Origin: Eledone cirrhosa
Taxonomy: Eukaryota
Assembly (NCBI GenBank): GCA_964016885.1
Contig: OZ024740.1
Span: 97,898,001 to 97,962,000 of the forward strand
Reading direction: 5' to 3'
DNA length: 64,000 nt
Shown: positions 63,800-64,000 of the stretch, in pieces
Numbering within the stretch: position 1 is the first letter of the stretch
How the letters are laid out: each line of letters starts with the position of its first letter
The notes under the pieces: model-generated
The model's database searches: none
The model's input: the letters and a program-made list of their open reading frames with translations, nothing else
What the model was told of the DNA's origin: nothing
Position numbers and translations under genes: made by a program

Positions 63800-64000
63800 G
63801 CATATACATATGTATATATATATATTTTATATATATATATATAACATATATATGTTATATATATATATTACATATATATGTTATATATATATATATATGT
63901 ATATATATATTACATATAAATGTTACATACATATATATATATATATATTACATATATATGTTACACATATATGTAACATATATATATATATTACATATAT
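63800..64000. repeat. Degenerate (TA)n low-complexity repeat
   Basis: TA runs interrupted by TTACA/TGTAAC. Confidence 0.95.

Overview
AT-rich, repeat-saturated eukaryotic DNA; the repeat repertoire looks octopod (inference, not verifiable here). I recognise no intact host gene. The dominant component is an RTE-clade LINE (APE endonuclease + RT, (GAT)n tail) in two young subfamilies (A, B) plus older relics; all copies are truncated or disrupted. Also present: two tRNA-derived SINE families, Penelope-type pseudo-LTR remnants with minimal hammerhead ribozymes, an R4/Dong-like RLE retroelement relic, a mariner relic, a non-autonomous Helitron and many (TA)n microsatellites. Most notable: (i) a C4HC3 PHD-type finger inserted inside the LINE RT domain and kept in both subfamilies; (ii) unrelated retroelements converging on (TA)n tracts; (iii) several hammerhead motifs, one pair in a 345-bp near-perfect palindrome; (iv) locally templated insertions (475 bp copied across 54 kb; a two-donor patch inside the Dong-like element); (v) a head-to-tail array of about 9 SINEs. 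Comparisons were made by eye and element boundaries are approximate.
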